39,710 nucleotides of DNA. Origin: a virus (Duplodnaviria > Heunggongvirae > Uroviricota > Caudoviricetes). Below, piece by piece: positions 38,156 through 39,710 of the stretch. The notes under the pieces were generated by a model, which saw nothing but the letters and a program-made list of their open reading frames with translations, did not search any database and was not told where the DNA came from. The stretch is from IMG/VR virus record IMGVR_UViG_2778261152_000009, positions 1 to 39,710 of that record; one strand, 5' to 3'. Positions within the stretch are counted from its first letter, which is position 1, and every line of letters starts with the position of its first letter. The position numbers were made by a program, and so were the translations under genes.

Positions 38156-38193
38156 ATTTCTGTTCATAATAAAAAGTTTGGTTGATTTTGTAA

Positions 38194-38227
38194 GGCAAGA
38201 GGTAGAAACCACCTCTTGCCATTTATT
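38194..38227. terminator. Bidirectional terminator between convergent tailspike and membrane-protein genes
   Basis: Perfect 10-bp stem GGCAAGAGGT / ACCTCTTGCC with 7-nt loop, followed by ATTTATT on the plus strand and preceded by an A/T-rich run on the minus strand. Confidence 0.6.
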
Positions 38228-39710
38228 AATCTCCTAGCTTAATGAAATAAATTCCATTCATAACTGTTATTGAGTCCGCGTCAGGCCATGACGGAATGAG
38301 TTTTAATTTTTCTTTTTCGTCGTTACTTGCAATGTGTAAATTTAAAGAAAACCCACTTATCATTGCTGCATATTTTGTAATTCTACGAGGATCTCCTCCT
38401 GAAAAACTAAACATTGACTCACCAAAGGTGTCAGAATTATTTTTTTTCCAAGGGTTGTATGTGGGATACGCACCGATGAAACTTACGACATCCGTTGACG
38501 GATTAAAGTTACCATACTTACTTTGTAGTTGGGACAATATCCTGTTAGTTATGTTGGAATCTATCTCTCTTGCCATTGCATCAGAGTAAAAGAGCATATT
38601 TACTGTTGATGCACTATAGTAAACTACAATTGTGCAAATTAGGGCTGACAGTGTGCTTTTTACTTTGCTGCATGTTTTTAATTTTTCTATAGCGAAAGCA
38701 AATAGAAAAGCGAATGTTGCAGATAACCCAAGCAAAACTCTGGGTCCCTGTATGCCCCCGAGTCCGATAACCACAAAGAAGGGGCTGATTGCTAATGTTA
38801 ATATTGATATTAATTTTATAATATTTTTATCATGATTGATTACCTGACTATAGGAAAGAAAAACAACGGGAACCACCATGAACGGAATAATGCTAGCCCC
38901 AAAATAATAATCACCTGTGAGTGTTGATATCACAACCTCACTCACCCTTTGAAGCGTTTCGTATACAGGTTCTTTTAGCCAGTGAAAGGTGTCTTTAAGA
39001 TATGTGGGTGTGGTTACGTTGAATATAGCATGACTTAAAAAAACTATTATATAATAAATGGATGTAGCAAGTATTATTGCAAACGAAAATATTGAAAAAC
39101 ATTTAATGATTCTCTTTTTGCATTCTTCATTACATTTTGCAATGAATTGCATTAAAAATACAACGACAGGGAAAGAGATTAGTGATTGATATATTCCTAG
39201 TGAAAAGGTAAGCACTAAAACCCCAATAAATAGAAGTTTTATATTTACTTTGTCTTTTCCAAAGATTGAAGAATAAAGTATCAGACCTGATATACATGCG
39301 AGAAGTTGACCTAATGCAACGGTATCGGACTGCTGAGCAAACTCAGCTTGATAAGCAAATTGCGGAAATGATACAAAAATAATAGCAAACATTATCCTTG
39401 TACTAAGGAGCTTAAACGTGTTTACAGCTAATAAGAAAGCAGTTATAACATTAAGCGCTAACATTACGAGAGTTGTAAACCCCGGCGTGTAGGCGTTTAC
39501 CCTAAATATATAGTCGATTATTGCTGAACCCCACCGCCCTAGAGAAATCCACCATAAAATACCTTCATTAGGCCATGAAAAAAAAGCGTACTCTGTGTCT
39601 ATTGATATAGAAAAGTTGGTTAGGTTTTGAAAATAAACGAGTAAAGACGTTATAAATGCTATAACCATTATCTTAATGCTATTGGCGTTTATTTCTTTTT
39701 TTAAATTCAT
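38226..39710 (-). CDS. Polytopic membrane protein, candidate O-antigen-modifying GtrC-like (serotype conversion)
   Basis: 494 aa with many hydrophobic helices over ~380 residues then a hydrophilic C-terminal domain; markedly AT-rich compared with the rest of the window; convergent with the tailspike at the prophage edge; start codon is at the last bases of the window, so any upstream partners are not visible. Confidence 0.45.
   Translation of the reverse strand: MNLKKEINANSIKIMVIAFITSLLVYFQNLTNFSISIDTEYAFFSWPNEGILWWISLGRWGSAIIDYIFRVNAYTPGFTTLVMLALNVITAFLLAVNTFKLLSTRIMFAIIFVSFPQFAYQAEFAQQSDTVALGQLLACISGLILYSSIFGKDKVNIKLLFIGVLVLTFSLGIYQSLISFPVVVFLMQFIAKCNEECKKRIIKCFSIFSFAIILATSIYYIIVFLSHAIFNVTTPTYLKDTFHWLKEPVYETLQRVSEVVISTLTGDYYFGASIIPFMVVPVVFLSYSQVINHDKNIIKLISILTLAISPFFVVIGLGGIQGPRVLLGLSATFAFLFAFAIEKLKTCSKVKSTLSALICTIVVYYSASTVNMLFYSDAMAREIDSNITNRILSQLQSKYGNFNPSTDVVSFIGAYPTYNPWKKNNSDTFGESMFSFSGGDPRRITKYAAMISGFSLNLHIASNDEKEKLKLIPSWPDADSITVMNGIYFIKLGD

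Noticed and set aside
1-39710. CRISPR array
   Set aside because: No series of regularly spaced identical direct repeats separated by unique spacers was seen anywhere in the window.

Overview
The window is a nearly complete mosaic temperate-phage genome (an enterobacterial prophage) running from the integrase end (the int stop codon is at position 1) to an AT-rich membrane-protein gene at the right edge. Gene order is int-xis, a leftward early operon (N-like antiterminator, small unknown ORFs, Rad52-like annealase, SSB, HNH endonuclease, DEDD exonuclease, an unknown 'ea'-type cluster), the immunity region (OL, cI with a coupled membrane protein, OR, cro, nutR, cII), replication (O-like initiator with internal ori-like repeats, DnaB-type helicase), a lambda-like nin region (NinB, adenine methyltransferase, NinE/F/G/H, phosphatase, Q), two tRNA-like genes, a lambda-type lysis cassette (S, R, Rz/Rz1), and a P22/Sf6-like packaging and virion module (terminase, portal, scaffold, coat, gp4/gp10/gp26, ejection proteins, tailspike). 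An IS2 element with a 5-bp target duplication is inserted near the int end and splits a small ORF. All calls rest on reading the sequence and translations and on recalled family signatures; no database search was run, so the family names are hypotheses. The most interesting candidates for undescribed biology are the membrane protein translationally coupled to cI in the rex position, the orphan Mnt-like repressor next to a chimeric tailspike, and the unassigned small-gene cluster at 3329-5799.
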